A DNA stretch of 64,000 nt from Neoconidiobolus thromboides FSU 785 (lineage: Eukaryota; Fungi; Entomophthoromycota). Location of the stretch: positions 28,921 to 92,920 of the forward strand of contig MU626334.1 in the NCBI GenBank assembly GCA_025603075.1, read 5' to 3'. The notes under the pieces were generated by a model. The model was not told where the DNA came from. It did not search any database and worked only from the letters and a program-made list of their open reading frames with translations. Made by a program: the position numbers and the translations under genes. This document shows positions 40,201-51,795 of the stretch, piece after piece (position 1 is the stretch's first letter; every line of letters starts with the position of its first letter).

Positions 40201-41461
40201 TTGAAGTACGTGATGAGAGACTTGGTGAATCTTTAGCCTCTAAAGTTGGTGGATCTTTTGGTAATTGTAGTTGATTGGGTGGGCTGGTAGTGGTAGGCTT
40301 ATTTGGTTCAAGTCCTTCAGTTGATAACGTACTTTTTCTATTTTCTTTTTTAACAAATCCACTTGGAATTTTGGGTACATCAATTGATTTTCTACTAGCA
40401 TTTGATACTTTTTTCTCTTCTGAGGGATTAATCTCTTTACTACTTTGAGTGGGCGACTAAATTTTACAAATTTAAATAAATCCTCTCTAATAAGATAGTA
40501 TAAAATACCTCTTCAGGAGATTTTGTTGATTTAGACTTGGATTTCCTAAGCCCTAAACCCCCAGAAAACAAAGATCCAAGCCCGCCTTTTTTTACTCCAT
40601 AAGCACCTAATTTAAAACCTTTATCACTTTAATAAAATATCTTTTTTAAAGAAAGGTATAAGGTTACCATCTGCAATTGAAGCTCTCTTACTAGAATCTA
40701 ATAATGATTAAAATGATATTTTGTAAATAACGTGCACTTACCTTTCTTTTCCTCTTCTTGTACAGGCTCGGGTTCGGTCTCGACTACATTTGTTTCAGGT
40801 TCTTCTATTCAATAGTGATTAGGTTTACATACCAAAGAAATATTCAAGTGACTAAACAATAATTACAAAACATAATACCTTTTACTGGAGTTCCTTCCTT
40901 ATAGGTTGAAACAAACTAAAGTCATCCTTAATAAATACTATTTGAAAAATATAATGCTTACATTCGCTGGAAACACTCCAACTTTCCCATCCTTTTCACC
41001 CTTCCACCAACCATCATCTTTTTCTAAAACAAAGATAATATCGCCTTTAGCAAAATTAAGCTCATCTGGTGCCTGCGCCTCATAATCATAATCTGCTACT
41101 ACTTTTTCAGCACCTTAATCACATTAGTAAACTATCAACCAGATGCTTTAAACTTACCTTCTGGTACTGGAGCTTTAGTTTCCGAAATTGGCATAACAAA
41201 CTAAAATATTATTAAAAATAACATATAATAATGGAACCGCTTACATTTGCTGGAAAGATCCCTGAAGCTTCGTTAGTAAGGTTAAATCCCTCCCACCAGT
41301 CTCCATGTTTCTTAGTAACTTTGATGATATCATTAATCTTTATATTAAGCTCATCATCCTGTTGAGCAAGGTACTCATGATGGCATTTTACAAGTGAATC
41401 TGTAGTATGTTATTAAATTTCTCGAATTTCAATTTATTGAGTCCCCAAACTTACCAGACAT
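37215..41461 (-). CDS. Multi-exon adaptor: three SH3 domains, Pro-rich and acidic regions, C-terminal coiled coil
   Basis: SH3-1 [23 protein letters not shown]; SH3-2 [29 protein letters not shown]; SH3-3 [26 protein letters not shown]. Pro-rich ORF 39668..40171; terminal [35 protein letters not shown]. Start ATG TCT G|gtaag at 41461. Confidence 0.85.
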
Positions 41462-41569
41462 TTTTAAATTAAAAAAGTAGAGTCACGAATCGCTTTTTAA
41501 TTTATTGTTTTTAGCCACAAACGTTTAATAATAATTTATATATTTTTTGCCAATCTAAAAAGCAAGTTC

Positions 41570-41651
41570 CTCAGCATAGCTCAGTTGGAAGAGCGATGGA
41601 CTGTAAATACTAGCAATCCATCGGTCCCTGGTTCGATCCCGGGTGCTGAGA
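41570..41651 (+). tRNA. tRNA-Tyr(GUA) with 9-nt intron (41607..41615)
   Basis: CTCAGCA/TGCTGAG acceptor stem, TAGCTCAGTTGGAAGAGC D arm, ATGGA-CTGTAA[intron]A-TCCAT anticodon arm, GGTTCGATCC T arm. Confidence 0.95.
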
Positions 41652-43188
41652 TTCAAAATATTTTTACGAATTAGTTTTCTTATTTAAATTTTTAGATGAG
41701 AATATAATTTCAATTTTCATTACTTTTTTGTTTAAGTACTAATAGGCAGAAAAACCATTACTATAATTCAAATATATGCCTATATCTACTCTTTTTATAC
41801 AGTATAAATAGTAAAGGAATTATCTTTTATCTCATCTGATTTTTATTTAATTAGAATCCACATTAATAATTGTTTATTTACTAACTGTGAGTTCAAATCT
41901 TAAATGATAACGTAAATTATCTAAAAGTATAAAGATATTACACCAAACTCGACTTTAATACAACCAGTCTTAAAATTGATGCCAATCTTAAATATCTTTT
42001 TATTCTACTATTTTATCTATTATTTGTAGTACTTTAAATTTAAAATATTGATAAAACCTCAAACAAAAGGCTTTACGTGCTATCTTCTCAATAACAAGCG
42101 TTTAGTCGTTTATTTAAATAGCTCCGGTATATATTTTACTATATCGAAGATTATTAAAAATACGAGAGTACTTTGTATTATAATAAACAAGCTCCCTTAT
42201 TATTGATTCTATATACTAGGATTTCTAACATCAGCTTAAGTATTTTTGAAATTCTATGATTAGAGTAGAATTCTAACATACGATTAAATCCTCATATTAT
42301 CTTAACTACACAACTACTTCTATAACTTGTTTTTATAATACAGTATTTTTGCTTTAATGATTATTCTAAGTGCTTTGACAAAATATCAGTAAATAGAACA
42401 TATAAAAGACTAACGTTTTATATAGTTCATTTTATTTTATTTATATAAACTACAATTTATAGATCTAATATTTTTAATATTTGCAATTGATATTACAGCA
42501 TTATTTGAAAGACAATTAAAACTAAAAGATAGAAGTTATTAATTGACTTTGTAAAAACATTTATTAGGATAAATACTTATTGTTTAATTATTTTTGCTTA
42601 TACGATCTAATTGTTAAATTTTATTTTATTTTATTTTACATATCACATGTGTCTAGGAGTTCCTATTTAATGTATAAAGTAAAACTAAAACCTTCTAAAT
42701 TATGATATAAAAGTCCCTTAAGTATTATATATACTTATTTAAGATTACATATTAAGATAGTAAGTGGTATCAATCTCAATGACCCAATATAATTATTATA
42801 AGTACTTAGTGCTATATTTAATCGATATTGGTGTCAAGGCTCTCAAATAAGAAGCGCATATACTTTAGGTTAAACATGTTATATATTATAAATATCGTTT
42901 GATGTAAGTGCTCACTTATCTCGAATTAAATCTTATTATGAGTTTAACCTCTAGGATTTGATCACATGTAGAGTAATTTTAGCAAAGCTATTACTATCTT
43001 GGCAAATAAAATTCCATCCAAACTTTCTAATTAGTCGTCAACTAAGCAATTATTTGCCAAACAAAAAATTGGCGCAGCATAAATTCATCAACTAAGGAGA
43101 AGCTGTGCATATTTGGATCAATAATAAAAACTAATCAAAAATTGGTGCTCCTCCCTTTTGACCTTTAAAGACTTCAAAGTAAGCAAAG

Positions 43189-43749
43189 ATGGTGGTATGT
43201 AACTTTAATTGTTTTAGCATAAATAGAATATTGGAAAATGAATAAAACGAATAGAAATTTAAATGGTTTTTAAAAATGAATTTATTTGAAATTTGATGGA
43301 TGTAATTTAAACGATATTCAATTTATGAAAAGAATAAAAAAGAGAATTAAACGTTAATCGGAAAAATATATTAGAACTGGAACTAAAATTATCATTTACA
43401 GCTCGCTATTGATCTTCTCAATCCTTCAATCGAAAATGAAAAGAAACTTCACAAAATGAAGCGTCTTGTAGCTACTCCAAACTCCTACTTCATGGATGTT
43501 AAGTGCCAAGGTATTTTATTCCTTTTTATAACTTCAAACAATTTATTTAAATTTAAAAAGGATGTTATAACATTACTACCGTCTTCTCTCATGCTCAAAC
43601 TGTTGTAGTTTGCGGTAGCTGCTCAACTGTTCTTTGCCAACCAACTGGTGGCCGTGCCCGTCTCACTGAGGGTATTTGCTTTATTTTTAAAAAGATGTTT
43701 TATTAATAGTTTTTTTTTAGGTTCTTCCTTCCGTAAGAAGTCCAACTAA
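43189..43749 (+). CDS. RPS27: 40S ribosomal protein S27 (eS27), 4 exons (43189..43194, 43402..43510, 43561..43671, 43721..43749)
   Basis: MV|[25 protein letters not shown]|[37 protein letters not shown]|SSFRKK. Confidence 0.97.
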
Positions 43750-44381
43750 ATTTATTTATAATACCTTCTTACTAATAAAAATGGTCTGAACATTAAGTTA
43801 AAAATAATAAAATTGTCGAAGAGTCTTTAGACCCTCCAATAAATTCAGTGTCTTAATAGAGTTTTTACAGTTTTTATGGAATCATTTTTAATAGTTTAAG
43901 AATTCAGCTCATATAGTGTATCTTTTTGGGGCTAGGGACTTATAAATATCAAAATAAACTACGGCAATGTCATTAAAAACGTATGGTTTAGACCCTTTTT
44001 TTTAATATTTAAGCTTTATAGATATCTACTTTTTATAACTCATTTTGATAAATAAATAATAGTGAAAAATAGTTTACTAAATATATTATTTTATTATACT
44101 TTTTAGATATTATATAATGCTTTCTAGTTTATACACTCTACTTAAATTATTTCATTTATAAGGAATTTCCTTGAATTAATTTTTATTTTTGGATTTAATC
44201 TTTGCAAATTAGCTCATAACATTTACTTTTAAATAACCCAATCAAATCGCTTAAAAGAGGATTCAATTTGAGTTTTAGAGAGCAAAGTGGATGGATGCAT
44301 CAGTTTGATATAGTAAAAGTAATTAGCAATTAACCCTTCTTTTCTAGTTGTATCAACACCTATATCGGGAAACTATATAAA

Positions 44382-44886
44382 ATGGCCCGGTGAGTACTTT
44401 ATCTAATACAAGATAGCTTAGAAATTGATCAAAGATGAAGGAAAATCAAAAACTATACCTACTCCAATTATATAGAGACAAATTAACATCTAGATTTCAA
44501 TGGCAATTATATTAATACAGTATATTATAGTCTTTTTGCCCATGGACGTATTTTAGGACACAAACGTGCTAAGCGTAACTCAGATTCCAACTCATCAATC
44601 ATTGCCGTTGAAGGAGTTCAAACCAAAAATGATACTGATTTCTACCTCGGTAAACGTGTAGCCTATGTATACAAAGCCAAGACCATCAAACATGGTTCCC
44701 GCTTCCGTTGCATCTGGGGTCGTATCACTCGTTCCCACGGAAACAGCGGTAAAGTTAAGGCTAAGTTCACCTCTAACATCCCACCAGCAGCTTTCGGTGA
44801 AAGAGTCCGCATTGTAAGTTTATTCTCAAGTCCATGTTATTTAATTTTTATACGTATTTTAGATGTTGTATCCTTCCCGCGTTTAA
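44382..44886 (+). CDS. RPL33: 60S ribosomal protein eL33 (L35a), 3 exons (44382..44389, 44531..44813, 44863..44886)
   Basis: MARLFAHGRILGHKRAKRN..FYLGKRVAYVYKA..IWGRITRSHGNSGKVKAKFTSNIPP..RVRI|MLYPSRV*. Confidence 0.97.
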
Positions 44887-46471
44887 GTATTAAGGAAGAA
44901 TTAAATAAAATTATATATGCTAACAAGGATTAATTTATTGACGAAAATGGATTGTTATATAAAGGAAATTATTTTTAAAAGTTTTATTTATTCAAATTAA
45001 AATCAAAAAGGCAAGCGATTTTATTATTTCAAGACAAGCAAAAAGATTACTTTTAAATTAAGAGAGGCTCAAGAAATATAATTAGAAAAACATGAAATAT
45101 ATGGTAATTTTATTTTAATAAAAGAAACTTAATAGTATTAGGCGACTTATGGTGTAAGTTTTTTGTTGAAAATAAAATGTTGTTAAATATTTCTATATTT
45201 AAAATAAGATTGTTCAAGTTAGTACTAAATAATGCCATATCCTTTTCCTTTTAAAATTGCAGAGTTTCATGCAAAGGTTTAGTAATTTTATTATAGAATT
45301 ATTCTAATATCGAAATTCAAATAAATGAAAAAAAAAATCCCATCATTTTATTATAATAAATGTTTAGATAAATTTTGAGTTTATTTTTATATTACTTAAT
45401 ACACTTATTATATAAGATTGCATCGATAACAGTATTTAGATTTCATATTGAACTAAGATATACAATGGTCATTTAATCACTACTATTAACTTATAGCTTA
45501 AAATGAGATAATAAAAAGTGTTTGGATATATAATTTTTGAAAGAAATACGTTTTTAGAATAAAACTTAAAAGTTAAAACATGTTCTTAATATCTAATTAT
45601 AAAAGACAATACTAATATTAAAATGAGGATTTAGCATTTTATAAGTTTTGTTAACTTAATATTAAGTTTGTGATAAGTAATAACAATTTATTTAATAAAC
45701 TCAACCCATTATACAATATTAATTTAAAATATTCAAAGATATTCTGTATTACTAAATCATTCTTTGTTATCAGACAACTTTTGATAGTTTACACAAATAT
45801 ATATAATTGCCATTGTATTTTTAGGGAGCCTGTATTAATTTAAATGTTGTAACTTATTATCCCAAATAGCATTATTTTTCTTATTTTGTATTTTGTATTT
45901 AGATAAATTACTTATTTGAAATATCACACTATGTTTTGAATGTAGACTTATAAGTTTTATAATAATTTCGACTGCTCCTCATGAGACTCAGCAATTCCAC
46001 CACAAGAACCTTCACATCAAAAACTTCAATTATAAATTTGGATACATTGTGATTGGGAATCAGTCATATTTTTCAAGAATTCGGTAAATAGATTGAGCCT
46101 TAATTTGGTAAAGTTGACAGTTCTACGAAGAACTTCAAAATGTAATCAATAGAATATTTTTATTAATAAATTCGATATTATTTAATACTTATAACTTGAT
46201 ACTAATACTCTTGCTTGGGGCTTACTATTGAGAAACTCATATATACACTATGTCTTATGTAAAGTTAAAGTTAGGCTCCCATAATATAGGATTACTATAA
46301 AAATACCTTTTCTCCACAATTCTCGAACCGTCAAAATAACTTAGGGGAACAAAATTTTGAAGTTTTTTAAAAGAATAAACAATTTTATTCTTAATTGATA
46401 TAAATAAACTAAGGAAAAGTATTTAAATAAAATTAAAGCTTTAAATCTTTAAACCTTTTTTGAAATAACTC

Positions 46472-47278
46472 ATGGATACTTTTTATTCAGATTCTTTAGC
46501 AACTACTTCGTTAATTTGTTGGATAGTCGTATTTATACCTCAAGTAATTGAAAATTACCAGAGGAAAGATACTTCTTCCTTATCACCTTGTTTCATATAT
46601 TTATGGTTAGTAGGGGACTTAATAAATTTAGCGGGTGCCATATTAGAGCATTTGTTACCAACTACCATATTACTCTCTGTCTATTTCATTTTCTGTGATT
46701 TAGTGTTGATCTATCAATTATATTTATATAATAAACCAGTTCAAGAAATGACTCAGTTATTAATTAATGATAATGAGAATAATACTAACACTTATTGTAG
46801 CATAAACGGTGTTGATTCTGATAAAAAAGAAACTAATAATAACAATAAAGTATTCCTTTATGTGTTAGCATTTTTAGGTATATTTGGGATAATTGTCTGG
46901 TTGAATACCGAAAATGGTCATAATAACATTATCCATATAGCTTTAGAATATAAATTAAGCTTGGGAGTGTTATTAGGATGGACTTCGACTCTTTTATATT
47001 GGGGAGCTAGAGTACCACAAATATTTAAAAATTATCAACGCAAATCGGTAGAAGGATTATCAATGAGTTTATTTTTATTTTGTATGATCGGAAATAGTTC
47101 ATTTTCACTATCGGTTTTACTTCATCCAAATAGCAAGGATTTCGATTTTATACTTAAAAACCTACCATGGATTATGGGATCAGCCGGAACCATTACAGTA
47201 GATCTCATTGTTTTTGCACAATTTTATTTTTATAATGCTAAATCCAATCCTTCTCCTTCTGTACAATCAATTGCTTAA
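46472..47278 (+). CDS. PQ-loop vacuolar basic amino-acid transporter (Ypq/PQLC2 family)
   Basis: Two PQ-loop repeats: CWIVVFIPQVIENYQRKDTSSLS and LYWGARVPQIFKNYQRKSVEGLS; NLPWIMGSAGT..DLIVFAQF. Confidence 0.92.
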   Translation: MDTFYSDSLATTSLICWIVVFIPQVIENYQRKDTSSLSPCFIYLWLVGDLINLAGAILEHLLPTTILLSVYFIFCDLVLIYQLYLYNKPVQEMTQLLINDNENNTNTYCSINGVDSDKKETNNNNKVFLYVLAFLGIFGIIVWLNTENGHNNIIHIALEYKLSLGVLLGWTSTLLYWGARVPQIFKNYQRKSVEGLSMSLFLFCMIGNSSFSLSVLLHPNSKDFDFILKNLPWIMGSAGTITVDLIVFAQFYFYNAKSNPSPSVQSIA

Positions 47279-48265
47279 GCCTCTTAGATTACAAATTATA
47301 CCTTTCTTTTCCCTTGAATTTATTTTCTGAATTTTCCAATTAATAAAGTTTTTAAAATAATAAATGGTTTATAATTATTTACTTAATTCGTATGTTATCA
47401 ATATATTTTAAACTATTATCCCATATAAACAGGTATTATATAGCCCTTACTTAGTTTAATTAAGGATTTTATGAGCAGAATTATTATAATTTTAAAAACA
47501 AGGTTTAAGCGGAAATATTTATATCAATAATATTAAGATTGTAGATTTTATCATGCAAATCCTCAACTAATTCAAGGGTCAATAGTTAAAATATTATAAA
47601 ATATTACACTAATATAAAAAAGCATTCACCTGTTTTATTTTAAGTATGAAAGGGATTGATAGCATCAATTTAAGATTTCCAAACTTTATAAACACATCAC
47701 TTTCAAATCTTCTAACAAGGTATGAAGTAAACGATAATACAGATGACTAATATACACTTCTAGCTAGTATTGGTTATAAACAATTTGACAAAAATGTTTA
47801 TCATTAGAGCTCAAAAGAGAAATAAAAATGTACAGATTTTTTAATAAAATGAACATCAAGTTTTATGAGAAATGGAAGGCTACATTATAATATTATTCTG
47901 AAAGTATTCTAGTGATTTTCAACAGTTAATAAATGAAAATAATACTATGATAGCTGACTTGTGATTATTATTTCAAGATTGACTTATTGTGGCCATTGTT
48001 TACTTTCTTATTATAGTCAATTCTAAACTATTATTCGTTTTATTATGACTTTTTTAATATATTCGATAAAATGTCATACTATTAGGTAGATTAAATGTTA
48101 TTTTACCTAAACTTTTTGCTTGGAAAGTGATTAGAAATAGGAGAATAAAAGCTAAACCAATAATATCTGAACTAAGGATATATAACCAACCAGAATTTTG
48201 CTCTATACTTATGTCCCATAAACACTTTCAAACTAAATAACTGTTTGTATTTTTATATTTAAAAG

Positions 48266-48573
48266 ATGGATAGTCAAAAATTAAAGCACGGAGAAGTAAA
48301 AAAGGAGTCTAAATCAGGTCAAAAGTTTGATGTGAGTCATTTTAATTATGACTGCTCTCGTAAGTAACAAGAAGATATATAAAGTATAAATGTTTATATT
48401 TTTTAAATAGAGTGTGGAGAAGAAAGTACTATAAGACCAAAAGAAGTTGTACGCTGTACAAGATGTGGTTCTCGTGTTTTATTCAAAAAGCGTACTAAAA
48501 GATGTAAGTCTCATTAAATCATTTATCATTAAATATTTATTTTTAAATAGTGGTTCAATTCGAAGCAAGATAA
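48266..48573 (+). CDS. RPB12: RNA polymerase I/II/III shared subunit Rpb12, 3 exons (48266..48359, 48411..48503, 48551..48573)
   Basis: YDCSQCGEE..VRCTRCGSRVLFKKRTKR|LVQFEAR* zinc ribbon and canonical C-terminus. Confidence 0.93.
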
Positions 48574-49031
48574 TTTTTTGGTATTAATTTAAAGAGATAA
48601 AATCTAAGTGGAACTTTACTAAATTTGAGAGCTACCAGTTATCTTTATACTTGTGGATTTTACATATTAAAATAAACATAATTAAAATAGAAAAATATGA
48701 ACTATAATACAAAGTTTTAATAACTGGCATTGAATAATGCCGTGTTATACTATACATTCATATTTAGAAATATAATTAAAGTAGTGTGGAATTGTTTTGA
48801 CTTAAATCAAATCACATAGTATATATTATTTTCATTAAATATATTATTTAATAAGTATATATTTTCAATGATTTGAATCAGGTTCAATAAGCCTATTTTT
48901 AAAAAAAACTTGAATATTTCTAAAATTTCAATAATATGGATATGCTTTAACTTCTCTTTTTAATTCTGGTAACTGTTTTCATTCAGTTAAAAGTTGCTTG
49001 AATCACCTTTAAATTACTTTATTTCTATTGC

Positions 49032-50030
49032 TTATAAATGAATGTTTCTTGTGCATTTTGGGCTTAGGCATTTACATACATAATTCCCATTGCTAAAGTC
49101 TATGACGTTTGTTTCTTTCCCATCATCCTCGCTAGTTAAAGACTGATAATCAAAGGATAGCTCATCTCCTTCACTTATATCTTTAGTTTCAAAAAACCTA
49201 TCCTGTAAATGGACGTATCGTATTTTATAGTAAAGACCGAGTATACAGCTAAATTGAGGTCAAATGAATGATTGAAAAAGCGACCTACATTATCAAATGT
49301 ATAAGCATCTGCAGTATATACACCATTACCCGATCCCTTAGAAACATCTAAATCAAAAAGGCATGTAGACTGTGCTTGATCGTAGTTTTTCCCTCTTCAA
49401 TCAGTTTCTTTGTTGGTAATGATTTATCGAATGTATTCACATATAAAGTTGCCTTTGGGTATATCTTCCATAGTCCTGACTCCCCACCTTTTTTCAAATG
49501 TTTTGAAAATCTGTAATCACTTCCTTTTCTTTCTGGACTACTCAATTAATGCAAATGACGAGGCAATGGCAAAGTTTGTTACATTCCAAAATTACTCCTA
49601 AAGGCTCGCCAGTAAGCAACCTTTACTATTATATGAGGTGATTTCACTTAACATATGGTTGTTTCCATTACAAAGACAATTTGTTAAGGTATAATCCAAA
49701 TCACGTCCATTTTCACAACTACATGAGTGCTTTATCAAGAACTGCAATAGGAGCATCCTCTGTATAAATGTTTTCCTTAATTCATTCAAAATCTTTGGGT
49801 ATATCTAAATCATCTATGTTGTCATATACTAAAATTAGTGGGCCAGTCGATAGATATTTCACAAATGAAGTCATGAACATTATCAGGAAGTCTAATGACC
49901 TGAAAACCATCTGAATATACAGAAACACAATATTGATACTAGAAGTTAGTATTAATATAAATTAAATAAAACATACTTTATAGTTTTTTCGAAGAGAAGC
50001 TCCAAAAACTTTAATTAAATGAGGGCAGCA
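49032..50030 (-). pseudogene. Clr4/SUV39/DIM-5-type H3K9 methyltransferase pseudogene (pre-SET, SET, post-SET)
   Basis: Pre-SET CSC..CLC..ILECNKLCHC..CIN*VVQK; SET QIFKT..RWGVRT..IPKGNFICEYIR*II..CLFDLD..DAYTFDNVGRFFNHSFDLNL..RIGFF..DISEGDELSFDY; post-SET CKCLSPKC. In-frame stops at 49782, 49542, 49424 and 49397, plus frameshifts. Confidence 0.88.
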
Positions 50031-50196
50031 TAAATGATCCTTATTAATCCATAAACTATATTTTTTATATATATTTTTAAATCTACATAAACACAGTATT
50101 TGTCCCTAAACACTATATTACATAAGTATATAATAAAGCTTAATAATTAATTACCTCTGCTTTTTTTCCCAAAAATTATGATTAAATTAAAGTAAT

Positions 50197-50302
50197 ATAT
50201 GGGGGTGTATTTTTTGTTTAAGAATTTTACTAGCAAGTTTCTCCACCTAAATAGCACTTAAAAAATGGGATAAGTAGTGAAACAAAAAAAATATCCTCAT
50301 AT
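50197..50302 (-). mobile_element. MITE copy, TSD ATAT/ATAT
   Basis: ATAT-GGGGGTGTATTTTTTGTTTAAGAATTTTAC...AAAAAAATATCCTC-ATAT. Confidence 0.9.
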
Positions 50303-50721
50303 ATAATCCATATGTAATTGGTTTTTCTATAATAATAAAGTTCATATTATTAATGATAATTGTTTAAAAATATAAATAGACATAAAATTAAGAAAGCTAT
50401 TTGGTTGAATTTGATTTCTATTTAAATACTTTTTTTATATTAAGTTTAGCAAAATTTTGATAATATGAGTTTTTGTAAAATACTATTTTATTAATTTAAT
50501 AATTAATTATATCACAATAATTATTCAATTTAAGGAAAGTTTAAATTAGTTATCCATAATTTAAAAATGTATTTGATTTTGATAATAAAACTACTCACTT
50601 AAATTTGTTACAAAATTTTTAATTGCAAAAATATTATTTTAGTATTTTGGTGTCTATACTTGATATTTATAATGTAAGATTTAATAGTTGGAACCTGATT
50701 TATATATATTAGTCATGTAAA

Positions 50722-50827
50722 ATATGGGGATGTTTTTTTGGCTTCATTATTTTTTCCATCTTTTAAGCGCTGTTCGAGTAGAAAAATTGTTAGTAAAATT
50801 CTCAAATACAAAAATACATCGCCATAT
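50722..50827 (+). mobile_element. MITE copy, TSD ATAT/ATAT
   Basis: ATAT-GGGGATGTTTTTTTGGCTTCATT...AAAAATACATCGCC-ATAT. Confidence 0.93.
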
Positions 50828-51312
50828 TATTTTATCAGCTTTATAATTAGTTATAATGTAGTAATCATTTAACTTGTTTCTAAAATTAATTATAGTTTTA
50901 CAGTTTAACTATGATTTATATAATATAGTATAATTAATTTAAGTTTTTTATTAAATTGTTTCCTAGTATTGTACTTTTAATAAAACCATTAAGTTTTTTT
51001 TGGTAATGTTTTATATAAAATTTATAATAGTATGTTTTATTTCATTTGTCTTATATAGTTTATAGTTTATTATATGGTATTTTTTATGATTCAAGTTTAT
51101 TATAGTTATAAATAAAAAAATTTGACTTACAACTAGTTAATTGAGTAAAAACTGTTTTAACTTCAACTATTAAATATTAACTTTTATAGTTATAAAAAGC
51201 TAAAAATTAAAAAAAACTTATAACAATTTATGAAAAATAAAAGACAAAATTATAATAAGAATAATAAAATATTTATATTAAAATATTACTTAATATAGTC
51301 AAAAGAAAATAA

Positions 51313-51415
51313 AAATAAAGGTGTTTTTTTAATTTCATCACTTTTTCTATTTTTAAGCATTATTTAAATAGAATAATTATTAGTAAAATTCTCACATAAA
51401 AATACGTCCCCATAT
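51313..51415 (+). mobile_element. MITE copy, left TIR decayed
   Basis: AAAGGTGTTTTTTTAATTTCATCAC...TAGTAAAATTCTC..AAAAATACGTCCCC-ATAT. Confidence 0.85.
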
Positions 51416-51433
51416 AATATTTAAAAATTAATT

Positions 51434-51535
51434 ACATGGGGATAGATTTTTATGTTTAAGAATTTTACTAACTTTTCCGCTCAAATAGTGCTTAAAAGAT
51501 GGAAAAAGTAATGAAACTAAAAAACACCCCCATGT
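51434..51535 (-). mobile_element. MITE copy, tail-to-tail with the previous one
   Basis: ACAT-GGGGATAGATTTTTATGTTTAAGAATTTTAC...AAAAAACACCCCC-ATGT. Confidence 0.9.
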
Positions 51536-51692
51536 AGTAAAATACTATAAAAAATGAAGATAAATTTATTAAATTAGTATAACTAAAAATTTTATTTAAA
51601 CAAAAAAACAATTAAAAAGTAGGCAAATAACTGTTATAACAGTTTAAAAAAGTCAATACTAAAATATCTGCTACGGTAATTAATAATGTACT

Positions 51693-51795
51693 ATTTGGGG
51701 ATGTTTTTTTGATTTCATTACTTTTCTATTTTTTTAAGCGATTTGAGTGGAAAGATTGCTAGTAAAATTATTAAATAAAAAAAACATTCCCATTT
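51693..51795 (+). mobile_element. MITE copy, TSD ATTT/ATTT
   Basis: ATTT-GGGGATGTTTTTTTGATTTCATTAC...AAAAAAACATTCCC-ATTT. Confidence 0.92.

Noticed and set aside
43195-43401. Unusually long RPS27 intron 1 (207 nt) as a possible snoRNA host
   Set aside because: No C/D (RUGAUGA..CUGA) or H/ACA architecture visible; same for the RPL33 intron 44390..44530.
43826-43996. TTTAGACCCT twice upstream of RPL33, with telobox-like AAACCCTA at 1855 and 11606
   Set aside because: Too few and too variable to call a promoter motif without genome-wide enrichment.
45965-46145. GC-richer stub reading DWESVIF..EFGK, possibly an F-box relic
   Set aside because: Frameshifted and very short; not supportable.
49348-49789. 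ORF-track entries 49348..49545, 49410..49601 and 49598..49789 as independent genes
   Set aside because: They are out-of-frame, antisense or partial pieces of the Clr4-like pseudogene.
51434-51535. Flanks ACAT/ATGT are reverse complements rather than a direct TSD
   Set aside because: Single case; explainable by two independent transitions from ATAT/ATAT.
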